A stretch of DNA of 64,000 nucleotides from the NCBI GenBank assembly GCA_028534125.1, contig CM052816.1:43650001-43714000 (forward strand), written 5' to 3'. The notes beneath the pieces are model-generated. The model did not search any database and was not told the DNA's origin. It saw only the letters and a program-made list of their open reading frames with translations. A program made the translations under genes and the position numbers. Below are positions 49,896 to 63,729 of this stretch, piece by piece. This stretch comes from Lama glama. Its lineage: Eukaryota. Position 1 is the stretch's first letter, and every line of letters begins with the position of its first letter.

Positions 49896-52154
49896 GCTCT
49901 CTTCATCTCTGGTCACCTTTGGGTTCTGTACTGGCTCCACCACCCTTGTTCAGTGACTGGGGCGGGTTTTCTTATTAGCTGGGACCTTGGCTGGACCCTG
50001 ACTTTCCTCTGTTCCTCAAGAAAAAACCCCTCTTGAGGCTGTGAGGTTACCAGCCATCTCTTCTGATTGGTTAGATCATTTAATCAGATTATACAGACAA
50101 AAACAAAGGACGGAAAGATATAATACACGGCTCCATGTTCTATAAAGGATTAGAATGAAAGATTTTTAGTAAGTTTCCTCTAGCACAGGAACTGCTATGC
50201 CAGTTTAATTGTTCTTCTACAGGCTCAAACTTGGTTTTTTGTTTTTGATTTTTTAAATGTTACCACCAGTTTTTGAGAAGCTGGATAAATGGAAATTTAA
50301 ATTTAATTTGTGTCTATGATTAATGACATATGCTTAGGAATTAGGTGAATTCAGAGATATTTTGTGTAACCATTTCATAAATTTAGTCATCCATGATAAA
50401 CAGTTTCATTCTGGGTTTTAGGTTTTACCTAATACACTATTTCAATTTTATTTATGTGTGTATTTATTTATTCACCTCTAGCTAACTTCTTTCTCATATA
50501 ATCATCAACAAAAATCTAGTGATTAAAAAATTTCCCATGAAAAGGAAAAAAAGGAAGAAGCAATTTGTTTTAAATAAACCTAAAAGGAACCGGATCTTAA
50601 AGCCCAAGACAGCTTATTCAATTTAGTATTTGTTACAGTTTTCTATTTAACGGATGTTTAGTGAGGTCAAAATTCATTGTCTTCGAGGTTGTAGCTTTTC
50701 TTTTATCCACTAAATTCTCCATAGACTAACACTGATGGAAAAATATGTCTGTTTGGATTTAGATATAGTCAGGAAAGTGACATAAACAGAGAGAGGGAAG
50801 AAATCTTCTGTTTTCTTCTGGCCCTTGTCCGAGGTTTGCTAATTGGGTCTGCTACAACTATTACTGGGTTCTGTTTAAGATCAGGCTTTCTTCTTGATAT
50901 GCTAGACGTTCCTTTTTGTAAACAAAACATTGGCTTTTCATTCAAAAGAAACTGTGTTATAATCAGGAGACATTTCTTGTTACTATTTCTATTTGAAGAT
51001 TCCCACCAGGTCTCTGACATGAAATACAAAGGGGTTTGCCTCCGGCATGAATAATTTCATAAACTGAAGGAGTGCACTTGTTAATACTCTCAAATTCAAT
51101 GATCAGAACACACTTTTATTTTAAGAATTGTAACATCCTAAGAAGTCCAGTAGTATCGTGGTCGGACAAGAAGAAAAAACATTTGACACATGCGTATCAA
51201 AGCTGGGTATAGTTTTGAATCATGCTTTTAAAATTTTTGGATATATTTTTTTCTCCACAGAATGTATGTTCCCTTAGAGGCAGGATGATTCTCTCTCTTG
51301 TATCTTAGGAATTATTGGACATGAGAAGCATATTAATTCTTCTTTGTCTAAATGACCAACATCCAATAAGAGTATATGAGAGCTTTTTAATCACCAACAT
51401 ATTCCAGTAAATTGTTCTTAAGCACAGAGCTTACCTACTTGAACAACTATCAAAGATACCAGAAATCTTTGAATATTCATTTGAAAATCAACTGCCTTTT
51501 TCTCCTTTGAAGTACAATACCAATATTTACATGACAATTCTTCAACTAGGCAAAATAATGATGTGCTATTTAAGAAATGAAGTGGGTTGAAATCCAAGGG
51601 AACCTCAAGTATGCGTATAAAAGATTAAAATATTTATATTAACTTAACTATGCTTAAGTGCCTATTAAACTGTCTTTATAGAATTTATGGGTTGCTGTTG
51701 TTTTGTGTGGTTGGAAAAAACACCCTGGCCCTTTTACTAGACAGTGATTATTGGCTGAACTATTTTTAATCTTAGAAAATAAAAAGAATTTCTCTCTCTC
51801 TCTCTTTCCATATATTAACAATGGCAAATGACTCTATTGCTGAAGCCTTTGGATGAATGTGTTCTTAAAAAAAGGACTGTGAGACTTTTGACCATAAGTG
51901 ACAAAGGTTGGTATTTGCTTTGGTTTGAGGATCAAGTTTAGAATTAAGAGGTCAAATTTAATCCAAAGACACTTTAATGAATCTCTCATGAAAGTGCAGC
52001 ATCTTTATTTTCTTAGTGACTCAGTCATTTCATTGAAGGAATCCAAACTGCAGAATTACAGAAAAGACCCCAGAAGCAGGAGGTTGTAAAGACAATTAAT
52101 TATTATATAGTATTAATATATATAAATATCTTTTTAAATAAATATAGTCTTAAT

Positions 52155-52640
52155 GATGCTAGAAGATGAGGACTCTGGTATATTACTGGTGACCTACGTC
52201 ACTACTTTCTTGGAAGGGTAATTTAATGGTATCTACCAAAAGTGTTGAAATAACTACACTTAAAAGAGCAATTCTCCTTTAATAAATTTATTCTAAATGT
52301 AATTAAAGATAAAAATATCTTCAATAGTGCTTATATTAGTGCCTTTTTAATAACACAAATTTATATGCTACCCACATTTTTAAAAAAAGGGATAAAAATC
52401 AGACTATCATATAAATCAAATTATATCCACATAATAGAGTATTATATATATTTTTTGTGTGAAAATATACTTACTTATGTGGAAAGATGTTTATGATAAA
52501 ATGTTTAGTGAAAAATGTAGCTAACAAAACAAAGCGTTAATGATAACTATCTCCGAGCACATGGAGCTAAGAAAAAAATTTTCCAATGTAATGTTTCTAT
52601 AATGAGCATACATTAATTTTATATTGATATAAATAAACCA
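52155..52640 (+). mobile_element. Old L1ME 3' fragment
   Basis: 'actactttcttggaagggtaattt...agcaattctcctt...tggaaagatgtttatgataaaatgtttagtgaaaaa...tctataatgagcat'. Confidence 0.65.
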
Positions 52641-52931
52641 ATTTGTAATAAAAATGACCTTTTAGTTTCTCAGTTTGAACCAAAGCCTGAATTTCACGAG
52701 TTTGAACTTACAATCAAATTTCTACAGTTTTAATTTTTTTTTTTGATGTTTAGAAAATGAAAAATTTCCTAATAAAATATCCTAGGAGACAAAGCACAAT
52801 TGTGGTATTCTTCTGATGTGGAATCTTTTCTCTGGCTTTGTCTTATGTACCTAAGGCTGGCTCTGTGTAGGGAACAGTTGATGTTCTGTTTATCTAAAGG
52901 GGCAGTAGAATAATTAGGTGTAAATGTTTAG

Positions 52932-53141
52932 CTAGTGGTGTGCTGGTTAACGTTCACCAAGCTGCTCTGGTGTTGTGGGGGTGGGGTGAGAGAAGGCTTT
53001 ATTTGTAGCATTTGATGAATGGTGTAAATACTCTCACAGTGGCTGACTTCAAACACTCTACATGACATCACTGAGTTGGGAGGAGATGTACACACCTGGC
53101 TCTCAAGCTCTGGTACCAGCCAGCTCCAGCATACCACCAGG
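52932..53141. mobile_element. hAT MITE, MER63A-like, full length
   Basis: Terminal inverted repeats 'ctagtggtgtgctgg' / 'ccagcataccaccagg'; internal 'atttgtagcatttg...tggtgtaaatactctcac...gagttgggaggagatg'. Confidence 0.85.
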
Positions 53142-53369
53142 AAGCCAGATCTCTGGGGGGGGGGCTTTGTGAGGATGGAATAGTACAAACTAGGTGTAGA
53201 AGCACTTTAGATTAAGTATTAAGCTTGGAAAGTTTAGAAAGTGGAAATCTTCCTAAGTCAAAGGAGAAAGAGGAAGTATACAGAATGGCGATGTAGTTAA
53301 ATACAGCGCAAGAGCTAAGACTAGAATTTTTGAGATTGGCCATGATTGAACTTTCCCCTTCAGAGGAAT

Positions 53370-53490
53370 CAGTTTCAGCACTTATTAAGCACAGGCATTC
53401 CCAAGACTCTCCCTAGGAGATGTGGATTGGGGCCCAAGAATCTGTATTTTAGACTCTCAGGGGACTGCTATCATCAGATAAGGAAATATG
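53370..53490 (+). mobile_element. MER5-like hAT MITE fragment
   Basis: 'ggggcccaagaatctgtatttt...ggggactgctatcatcag'. Confidence 0.55.
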
Positions 53491-53560
53491 AATTAGAATG
53501 CACACATGGTGATTCTATATGATGTTTTGGAGTACTCAGCACTTGATGATAACTTATAAT

Positions 53561-53687
53561 TAGATTGAATATGTAATTTATCTTCCAAAACTAGGATACT
53601 TTTGAGTATGAGAGGGGATATTAATTATTACTTCAAGCTAATAGGTATCCAGAACCACCCTGGGAAAACTAGGTAAAATTGACCCTA
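53561..53687. mobile_element. hAT-Blackjack MITE (MER94-like)
   Basis: 'taatttatcttccaaaactaggatactttttgagtatgagagggg...tattaattattac...gacccta'. Confidence 0.7.
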
Positions 53688-54688
53688 CTCAAAAGCCCTC
53701 CCAGGAGAAGTCTTTGCAGTTTTCTTGGAACACTGGCTCTAAAACCACAGGATGACTGAGTACACAGATACATGGTATCTTATTTTGAGCACTCTAAAAC
53801 AAACAGAGATTTGTGGTTCTTGCCTCAAACATGGTATGATGAGGATCACTGGCTTCCCGGGGTGTGAGAACTCTTTTTTAGCACCTGCCCCATTGTGTGG
53901 AAGGGAGTCTTTCCTTTGATAGGTACACATTCAAATCAGTGGACCCTCGGACAAGAATTAAGATCTCTTTATACCTCTGTTGGTATTCAACTCTGCCTAA
54001 TTTTGAGCAGTAGCTCCTCCTAAAGAGTTTTTGGGTCAAACTCACTTGTATGGAGACCAGGCACAATCTGAGAGCCAGCCACTGAGAGGACTGTTTTTCT
54101 TGCCCCACCTGGTATGATGCCTGATCTTCTCATCAGTAGCATTCATCCTATAAGATTACCCGATGATGATTTAATTTTCTCCCATAAGAGAACCAGGAGG
54201 AATAAGGACCTATTATCAAGTAAATTTTAGTGTCTGCCAAGAAAGGTCAGTGTGATGGTGCACAGGGGAGTGGGCACTGCAGTTGAGAGGTGGTGTGAAT
54301 GGTTGAGATGACAGTGAGAACATTACCCGTGGGGAGAGTGAAATGCAGAGTCAGCTAGTGCCCATTCACAGTTTTGTAAAAGCACCAGGCAAGCACCTGG
54401 ATTGGATGGAGATGCTGATTTAGATCATGTTTTTTTTTTTGAACTGGGCTCACCACACGCAGGCAGGTCCCCAGGGGTTAGTGCAGTAGTTCCCCACTAC
54501 TGTAGGCTGTGTGTTCTTAAGTAGTGATGTTGGAGATAGAGTTATTGCAAGTGGCTCAAATACAAATATACCAAAGTCTTGTTTATATATAAAAATAATA
54601 AATCATACACTGTCTTTAAGCTATGTGTAGAGGCCATTATGATTAATACAGTACTGATTAAAATAGAAAACAAAAGATTTACTGAATT

Positions 54689-54792
54689 CATATACATGTA
54701 TATGTATGTGTGTGTGTATATATATATATACACACACACACACAAGCCCACACATAAGCACACATACTTTATATATAAAGTAATATATATGT
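54689..54792. repeat. (TG)/(TA)/(CA) compound microsatellite
   Basis: Read directly; includes (TG)5(TA)7(CA)7. Confidence 0.92.
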
Positions 54793-57700
54793 AGCGCTTT
54801 ATACCTTTCTCACCATAGTAATGTGAAATCAGCTATTCAAGGATAGCCAAAGCTTTTGTAGGCTAAAATACATCTATGCAAGATAGTGAGGGCCACAGCA
54901 CAAAAGAATATGGGACGCCCTAAATGATCTTGTCCAGCCTCTGTCCATACAATTGGTCTAGCAAGCTTGTTTTTAGGATTCTGGGGAAAGGGATATAAAG
55001 GCTTAAGTGTAAAACATGAATAAGACATGAGAATGACACATAATGGAAGAAGTAATGGAGACAATGATTTTATTAGCTCAATGGAATGGAAATGATGGAC
55101 TGGTCCAGGAGGAGGACCCTGGAGATAATGTCCTGGGTCTTACGAATTTAGGAGAGAATTGGTCAGGGGCAGACGGCAAAAGATTAACCTTTGGGGGCAA
55201 TTTACATTTCATAATCCTTTGGGCTATAGAATTATGCATTTTCCTTGGTGTGTATTTTTCTATAAATATCAATGACATTGTAGTAATTCTTTCTAATGAC
55301 TCTATTTATTCATTGCACCTTCTTTAATAGGACTGAATATTCCTACTGACCTCTTTGTATAAAAAGTTCATGGCCTCTCCAAACAAGCCCTGTCTGTGAT
55401 AAGGCAAACTTATGTTCCTTCTGTTAGCAACTTATTTAATCCAAACTCTTTGTCCACCTACAATGCAGACCAACAACTGGATTTATTACTAGACTTGCCC
55501 ACTTCTTAACATTATTGAAGGTGTCCTGATTTTTGCACATTTTTTTCCTAAGAAAGTTAGACTTCTGCCCTTGCAAAAAGGACACTATTTTCTCATTTCT
55601 CCTCTTATGGGTTTATGTAAGTTGACATTTGCTGTGCCTCTTCTCTCACTCTGAGCTGTTTGAAAGTGCTTGCCCAGGGTCTCCTTAGGGACCTGGTTTC
55701 CAGACTGAAGGCTGGTGTTGCTTTCAGGGTGAAACCTCCCAATCTCTTCAAAGAACAGACAGGTTTGACCCCAGAGCCCTTATTTATAACAGCGAGTCAC
55801 GAGGTGGCCGTCATACATGACCTATGGCATGAGCCTGGCACTATTCGCAGACTCCATAGACCATGCTCAAGGGCAAATGACACATTTCCTGATTAGGAAT
55901 GAATTCCTGCAGCAACATTATTAAATATTAAGAGCCACAAATAGATCCATAGAATGGTTATGTGACCCAGAAAGAATCTTTCAGCAGTACTTCTGCATTC
56001 TTTAAATTCACAGAACTTTAAATTACAGAGGCATTGAGCTATTTCTTTAACAAATGTTTATTTTGCTTGTTTTTAACTATTTGAGACACCTGGAATGGAT
56101 AAATATGAAATCCTAAAAATGACAAGTGAGTGTATTTTAGAGGTGAACAGCTGGGAGATTTTGTTTTTAACCTTCCAAGTCTCAGTTCAGTGTCTATATC
56201 TGTTAATGAAGACAGTATTGAATCATACAGTAAGACTGGGAAAAGAACAGTGGACACAAATGCTGTATTTTCTCTTCAGGAAGTTTCGATGTCAATCATA
56301 GTTAAGTCTTTATTTTAAATGCATAATAATTTAAAACACATTAATTTAATTACTTTGAATTTTCATAGCTCTGTAATATAACAGCAGAGGACAGAAAAGT
56401 TTGGAGAAAAAACCATCCAAATGTTTCACTTATATACTGTCTGAAAATGGGCTTTGAAAATTTATTTTTCAAGTAGTTTGAAAAGTTAGTTTGGCCAACA
56501 TTGATGTATTGTATGTACATGTTGTATTTACGTAAGAAGGATTTACTCTATTACCAAACAAGAAGTTTTGTGGAGTTTGTCAATCAGCTTTGAATATGCG
56601 GTTGAAAATTTAGTATCCAATATCTGAATAACATGATCAATATTTTTGTCCTGTAATTGGAGAACATACTGTACACACTGTAAAACCTCAGTCAGAATAG
56701 TTACCAGGAATCACATAATTTGAAATTTGTACATTTTTTTTAAAAAACAGGAACTCAAAACCTTAAATTTTCTGAATTGAATCAGAGTATTAATGTACCA
56801 AGATGTATTCAGTAAACTCACTGGTTCTACTAACTTACTATTGTGTCAGTAACAACTACAAGTTAAGAGCCTTCTCTTTGGGTTCGGGTCTCCATCTCCT
56901 TGAGTGGTAACTTGAGAGCCTTCTGCATCTATTTAATTTATTTGCAACGGTCTGTCATTCAAGACAGATGAGTGCGCCTTCTTCTCTTTGCTTCTTCCTC
57001 TGGGCAAGTAATGGCTATAGAAGTAAATGATTTAATCATTTGAATATCTGAATCCTAATCGCTGATTTTGGCTACACTAACATACACTACTTTTACACTT
57101 AGGTTTACCGAATAATCGCTTTCTCAGATATTGTGCATAGATTTATCTTGTTGTGAACCACATTATTACATTATCTACGCAGAAAAAAAATTATGTCAAA
57201 GAAGAATTATGCCTTCTGAGAATCCATGGAAACTTCAGGGAGGAGATAAATTATATCAGAAAAAAGACATATTTGGAAACAAAAGAGTATATTGCAAAAT
57301 ATATCCCAGATATTAAAAGACATGATATAAACTAGACAAAACTTATCATGGAACTGTTTCTTTTAAAAACAAAAAAATTCATTTCCAAACAGGAAATAGA
57401 GGAAGATAGATAATCTAGAAGATTCTAAATGCTCCATTATTTTATTTCAACTACTGTGCATATGAAATTTGTTTTCTTCTATGGGTAAAAAGACAATGTG
57501 TTCCAGATCAGAAATGGCTTTTTTTTATAAGGGCAACATAACTTTATTTGACCAATGTATTAAATAGCATTGAATGATGTAAGAGCAATAAAAATTCATT
57601 ACCATGTAATAATTCAGTCATTATTTGTTGCTGGCAGTTTTAGTTAGCTCAGTTTGTCATAAGACATTTCCATGACATGTCAAGAAAAGAATAACATCCA

Positions 57701-59744
57701 AATGACATGTCAACCTTTCTTTCCCTCTTTTCTCTGACCCACCTTCACCACCTGCCACCCAGCACCATAACTTTTTTTCCAGAGGGTGATTAAATTCGTG
57801 GTAGAATACTACCTGACCACGTTCAGGCCCCTTTATCTGAAGTGTCAACTTTAATACGATAGCTGCCTGTATACCTTTTCTAGATGAATGATGCCAGGAC
57901 TATTTGTGTCACTACAGTTAGGGGTCTCTTAACATTTCCATTCTAAACACCTATTTTCAAAGGTTTATAACTCAGCTATAAAAATGTGCTCCAGGCTGGA
58001 ACTTAGCTTACAGGGTCCTAGCCCAGGAGCGATCTCTATATATTAATCTTGAGAGGAAAAAAAAAAAAAAGGTGCGACTGTATTTTAAAGGACTGGAGTG
58101 TTCGCAGTAATAGAAGTTCAGGACAAAGGGTATGAGGAGAGATTATACAGCAACAAGTCCCTCTCATCCGTAATAGGTTGATCTGAAATTCAGTTTCCAA
58201 CATCCCCTTCCTGCTTTTCATTCTCTCTTTCAATTCTCACTGCTCAGAAATAAATCTGATTTTATTGCTTTTATTATTTGTTTCAATAGCTTCATTTGTG
58301 GAACTTATTTAGTCTTTGTGCCACCTTGATCTATGGTCCTATCCAGAGGTATGAGTTGACCACTCCAGGACAACATCAGATTTGGGAGACCAGGGTGCCA
58401 TGATAATTTGTGTTTGTTGTTGTTATTGGTACTGTTGTTATCTAAACATGAAAAAAAAAAAGAAGATTTTCATTAGTTTTTGATGACAGTAATTAAGAAT
58501 GAGTTGAAAACTTAATAACAATAAAAGTAACTGTGCCTTACTTTTGTAAATTGCTTCCCGAGACGTTAACTTGGATAGTAGACTTTTATTCTAAATCTTA
58601 GTCTTTCTTTCTGATCAAAATTATTAATAAATGGGCTTTTCCACTATGGATATAGTGCATTAATAGCAAATGAGTTGAATTGGTGTTTTCATAAACAGCC
58701 AATAATGTGATTTTTTAACCTGGTTTTCGTCTCTCAAAATAACCTTTGGGTTTTCAAATCCAGATATATTTTAGATTTTTTGGTATCTCAATTACAGATT
58801 TAAAACCATTGATTAAGATCCTCTAACTAGTGGGGTTTTTTTTTCTAGTGTGTTTTATGTAGTTCCAAACCCTATTCCCTCATAACATTAGCATTCTTCC
58901 TTGGATGTTTTTATCATCCATAATAACTGTCATAATATTCGTTATTTGGGGATTAGAGAGAGCTTTCTTTAAATTCAGATTATTTGGGGTGGTTCTGAAA
59001 CATCATCAAGACATATGGCTTTATTTACATTTTGATCATTAACAACTATTTTGTGAGTAATGAAGTGTCACAGGTAGAAAAACAAACAAACAAAAAACAA
59101 AGAAAAGCTTCCACTCTTTGTAAAGGTGCTGTGTGGAAGGACAAACACGCATTCTAAGTCACAGCAGACACAGATAAGATGGGAAAGAGGGAGGGCTTTT
59201 TTTTTTCCCCTTGTGAAATTTGCTGCATGTCTCAATCTATGGGCTGACCTGCTAGATGAACATTGGGATACTCATTAGCTGTCAGGATTGGTTATAGGGG
59301 TGCTTTTTATAGCATGTGCTCTTTATTATATAGAACAGTATGCTTTCCAAGCCTCCGAGACTACATGGCCCTTCTGTACCCATTACCCTCTCCAATGGCA
59401 CCCTTTTCAGTTTGCCTTCTCTGATCATGGGAATTGGCAGGGTGGGAAGATGAAAAGTGACAGGCTTGGTGGGGCCAGGAAGGCATCAGCGAGGCAGAGA
59501 GAATGAAGGAGAATGTGTGAGCGCATATGTATCCTTCAGGATTCTCAGTTATTCTTTACCATCTGTCCATAGTGTGAATTCTTTAATAACTATTTCAGAA
59601 TGTGTAACATTTACTTGGAAATTCACAGATGTATTAAATTACAAATATACTTTAAATGAAATATAATCAAATTTACTTTCGTATTCAAAGTATTATATAT
59701 ATGTATATATGTAAATAAATACATGTATGTATACACACATGCAC

Positions 59745-61960
59745 TCATTCATTCATCAAACATTCATTGAGCATCTAGTCCATATCCAGCACTGCAGGAG
59801 AAGCCAAGAAGACTTGTACAAAATGAGCTGGCTTTTAGAGGGTGGGGAGAAAGCCTTAGAAAGAAATAATTATAATGTGATCAGGGCAAAGTGATAATTA
59901 GAATACACTGTGATGGCACTCCATGAGTGAACAAAGCGGGGGGAACTCTTTCTGGAAAGGCTGGGAATGCCTCAATAAAGCGATTGGGGTCTTTGTGTCG
60001 GGTCTTGAAAAAGGAGTAAAACTTTCTCAGGAATATGTGCCGATGTTGAGGCATGAAAGAACTTTGTAGATTTTATATACAAAGACTAGTTAGTTCCAGG
60101 CTGGAGCGTAAGGTTTGTTGATTGGAAGGGATGGCGGGTAGAGCTGGAAGTATAAATAGGAACCAGGTCATGTTCTGTGTTACGTGAAGGTGTTTGTTCT
60201 TCATCCTGCGGGTGATGAGAAGGAACCGAAGATTTTTAAGCTGTGACATGATTGATCTGTTCAGAAAGATAACACTGGTGGCAAGGACGAGGCAAGGGTG
60301 GAGGAGTGAAAACTGGGTGAAGGAGGACAAATTTCAAGGGCTTTTGTCATAATCCAGGGGAGAGAGAGTGGCTGAGAATCGGAACTGCTGTAGTGGCAGA
60401 GCGATTGGGAATAGGGAATGGATAATAAAAAGAGTCAGAACAGCAGGCTCTAGAGTCTGAGTGTGGAGACTGAAGGAGAAGCGGCTCCCAAGGTAACCTC
60501 AATATCTCGGTTCATTAACATGGTGGATGGTGGCGTTACCATGATAGGAATTTAGAGAGTTTGACAAGGGTGTGAGTAGGGATAGTAAGTTCATTTCCAA
60601 GTTTGGAGTGTCTGCAGATCATCCAGAGGAGATTCGCTAAGCAATTCTAAGTATTATGTACGTTCTTGAAAGAGAGCTTGGAGCTACAGATAAATTCATC
60701 TTTTAAGCACTTTTTCATTATGTGTTAGGCACTGGAGGTATAGAACAAGCAAGATATCCTCATTCTCATTTATGAAGCTTCAATGGAGAGAAAGACAGTA
60801 AGGAATAGAATGCCATTCAATGTGGTAAGTTCACAAAGGGGTGCGTATACAGTGACATCAAGAAAAAACGAAACAAAAAAGGATATCTCATCTTTTCTTT
60901 TGAGGCTGATGGGAGGGGCCTCGGAATTGGTGCTCCTGAGGAAGCTACAACTGACCTGAGACCTGAAAGACGAATAACGTTTATTTGGGTAATAAGTGGA
61001 AAAAATTGAGATTGTCAATGGTAGGTGAAAGTGGGAGGGTGGAATTGGTTTGGCTGAGTATATGGAGTAAAAAAAGACAAACACATAGGGAGGACAGAAT
61101 CCTGGGACATCAAGGTTTGAGGTGCAGGGAAAGGGAAAAGTAAACAATATTGGGTGAGGTAGAATCCAGATGGGTGATAATGTAGAAGACAAGAGGGGAG
61201 AGAATGCTCAATGTCAAAGGCTGTAAGAAAGCAAGAAAAGACATTTCTATTAAACTTTAATTCAAATATTAAGTACCTGTTTTCTAGAAAGTATGCTAGA
61301 TATTGGGTCATAAATGAATGAACAAGACAGACATAGTCCCCACTTTGAAGGGACTTAGGATCTAGTGTGCAAAAGATATAATACATGTTCTTAATGATTT
61401 GATAGAGGATAAAATTGATAACTAACATCAGTGGCTACTCCCATTTCTCCTGTTCCTCAATTCCCCACACCCTGATGCTACTTTCTTTCTGTTTTTATGG
61501 GCTTGACATATTTTGGGTAATACTCATACATGAAATTGTACTATATGTGTTCGATTTCTTACACTTAGCATAATGCTTTTGAAGTTTATGATATGTAGCA
61601 TTTATCAGCACGTTGTTACTTTTTAGGGCTGAATAGTACTCCATCATATGGATATACTGCTTTTCATTTATCCATCCATCAATTGATGGACACGTGGGTT
61701 GTTTCTACCTTTGGCTATTGTGAGTAGTGCTGCTTTTGTGTACAAATAATTGTTTGAATATCCATATTCAATTAGTTTCATTTAAAGAAAAACTGGTTTT
61801 TATTTATAATTGATGGGGCAAGAGCCAGGGGAGAGGAAGAAGATACTGACAAATAAGTGGGTAATTGATGGAGAAAAGTTCTGGAGACAGTGAAGAGATA
61901 AAGACTTGCTTGGGAAGGGAATTTGAGAAATAAGACGAAGAAATGTACCATTTGTAGCTA
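59745..61960 (-). mobile_element. Long antisense L2 with nested insertions (two further L2 3' ends at about 60700-61005 and 61265-61385, plus an L1 piece)
   Basis: Starts with the tail 'tcattcattcatcaaacattcattgagcatcta'. Successive L2 landmarks resume collinearly after each interruption, e.g. 'tgacatgattgatctg', 'gagctacagataaatt', 'tgtcaaaggctg', 'ggagacagtga'. Confidence 0.75.
61430..61775 (-). mobile_element. L1 3' fragment (L1MB/ME, antisense)
   Basis: 'cacttagcataatg...ggctgaatagtactccatcatatggatatac...tttatccatccatcaattgatggacacgtgggttgtttc'. Confidence 0.88.
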
Positions 61961-63729
61961 TCAGCTCTATTTAAGACGCTGCTGAATGTTGGATATTTTA
62001 TTGAATGGTGACATTTTACCGAATGTCAGATCCTTTACTTTAAATGAGGACATGAGTTTTTCTAAATGTACTTTGTATTACCAAAGTTCCATTACCAAAT
62101 GGAACACATTTGGAAGGATCTGTCTATAAATGAGGCCAAAAAATACCTGAATATTTATAAGCATTTCTAAAATCTTCATTAACAAGTTTAAGAGAGTTAC
62201 ACGTTGGTCATTGCTTAATAGAGGCATTTAATTTGGATCAATTCCCTGCAATGCACTTAGCAGACTTTAAAATCCATTTTGTTGGGACACCTCTAAGACC
62301 CTGTGCTAGATAATAAGGATGGCTGGAAGCCGATTTCATAATTTCTAAGTGCAACTGAGGTAGAATTTAAGTGCAAATGCAATTTTTGAAGTGCCTGACA
62401 TGAGAGAAGCTATAAAATTGCTCTTTGCTCTAGCTTGTTTTAATTTCTATATGAATGTTTTATACAATAGTCTTTTTACTGTTTTTCAAGTCATGAGCAA
62501 TTATATTTGATGACAGGGCAGTTATCACACATAGAAAGTCAGCATTCCAGAAGCTCTCAAAATCCCACCATTAGACCTACCTCCCCCTACCATTCCACTG
62601 TGCTGAAGCAGATTGTGGAAACTTTTGATTCTGACTTTTAACTCGAATGACTGGAGATGGCAAATTGGGATTTTTTTCCCCCTAAATACAGGAATATTTC
62701 TCATCTTGTGAAGAGATGACAGGATTATATTTTGCTGATTAAATATTAATATTACTGTGGATTTATAGTTTGAATCCTTGTAGCTTCATTTCCAGGAGTT
62801 CCATCTATTCTCCAAGAGAACATATGACAAAGCTACACACCCTGCAGGTGTCAGCTCAGGCAACACGGTGGTACTGACTATATGCACGGAGTCCCAAATG
62901 CTCTCTTTTGGATCTTGGACACATTGAGTCACTCTCTGCCTCTGACTTGTTCCCCTCTCATTTAAAATTAAACAGAGAACCATTGGCAGTTTCCAGGCTT
63001 GATTTTTGTCCCAGACCTAATGGCTTACAGGTGGCAAATTTCTTCCCCCCAGTGACAACAGAGTTTCCCAAGCCCATCCAGGGGTAATGCCAACGAGAAC
63101 TTTCTTTTTATAGAAAAAGGACAGGGAAATGGCCGTTTCAAAATAAATAAATAAAACCTTTTTCACTTCTCTTTGTTCTGTAAAAGCTCCCCTCCCTTTT
63201 TTATGTTTGATATATAGAAGCGATTCCATTTATAGCTTGAGTTCTTTTGCTTTAGGCTCTCCGGACTTAAGCCTGAGATCCTTTGATGTTGTTTAGCAGT
63301 TATAAACTGACCACTGTTCTGGAGAGGCTTACCTGCGAAGCATATTGGGCTGCTGTTACACTCAACACAGCCGCTTTGCTTCTGCCTCTTCCCCAGAACT
63401 TAGGCCCAGCAAAAAGAGAAGACTGAATACGAGTTATTCTCAATGAGTTTCGCGACATACAACATGGCCCCTGAGTGGGTAATGACATTATATTGTCAGT
63501 ATGTTCCTGGTTTTTGGAACACTGTGCGGTGGTGGAAGTGGGTGGCATTCAGTGAAAATATCAAATCGTGATTCATATGCTTTCATTGCGATTGTCATTT
63601 GGGAAAACCACTTAATGTTTAATATGAGATCATCATCTCCTCCACACCCCTGAGTTGCAGAAGTCGTATTTTTTGACATGATGAAATCCTTTAGGGAAAA
63701 TAGTAAAAAGTTGTTGTTGAGAAGGAGCA

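Noticed and set aside
57131..57335. A-rich overlapping ORFs resembling a decayed coding sequence
   Set aside because: No recognisable protein or transposon family.
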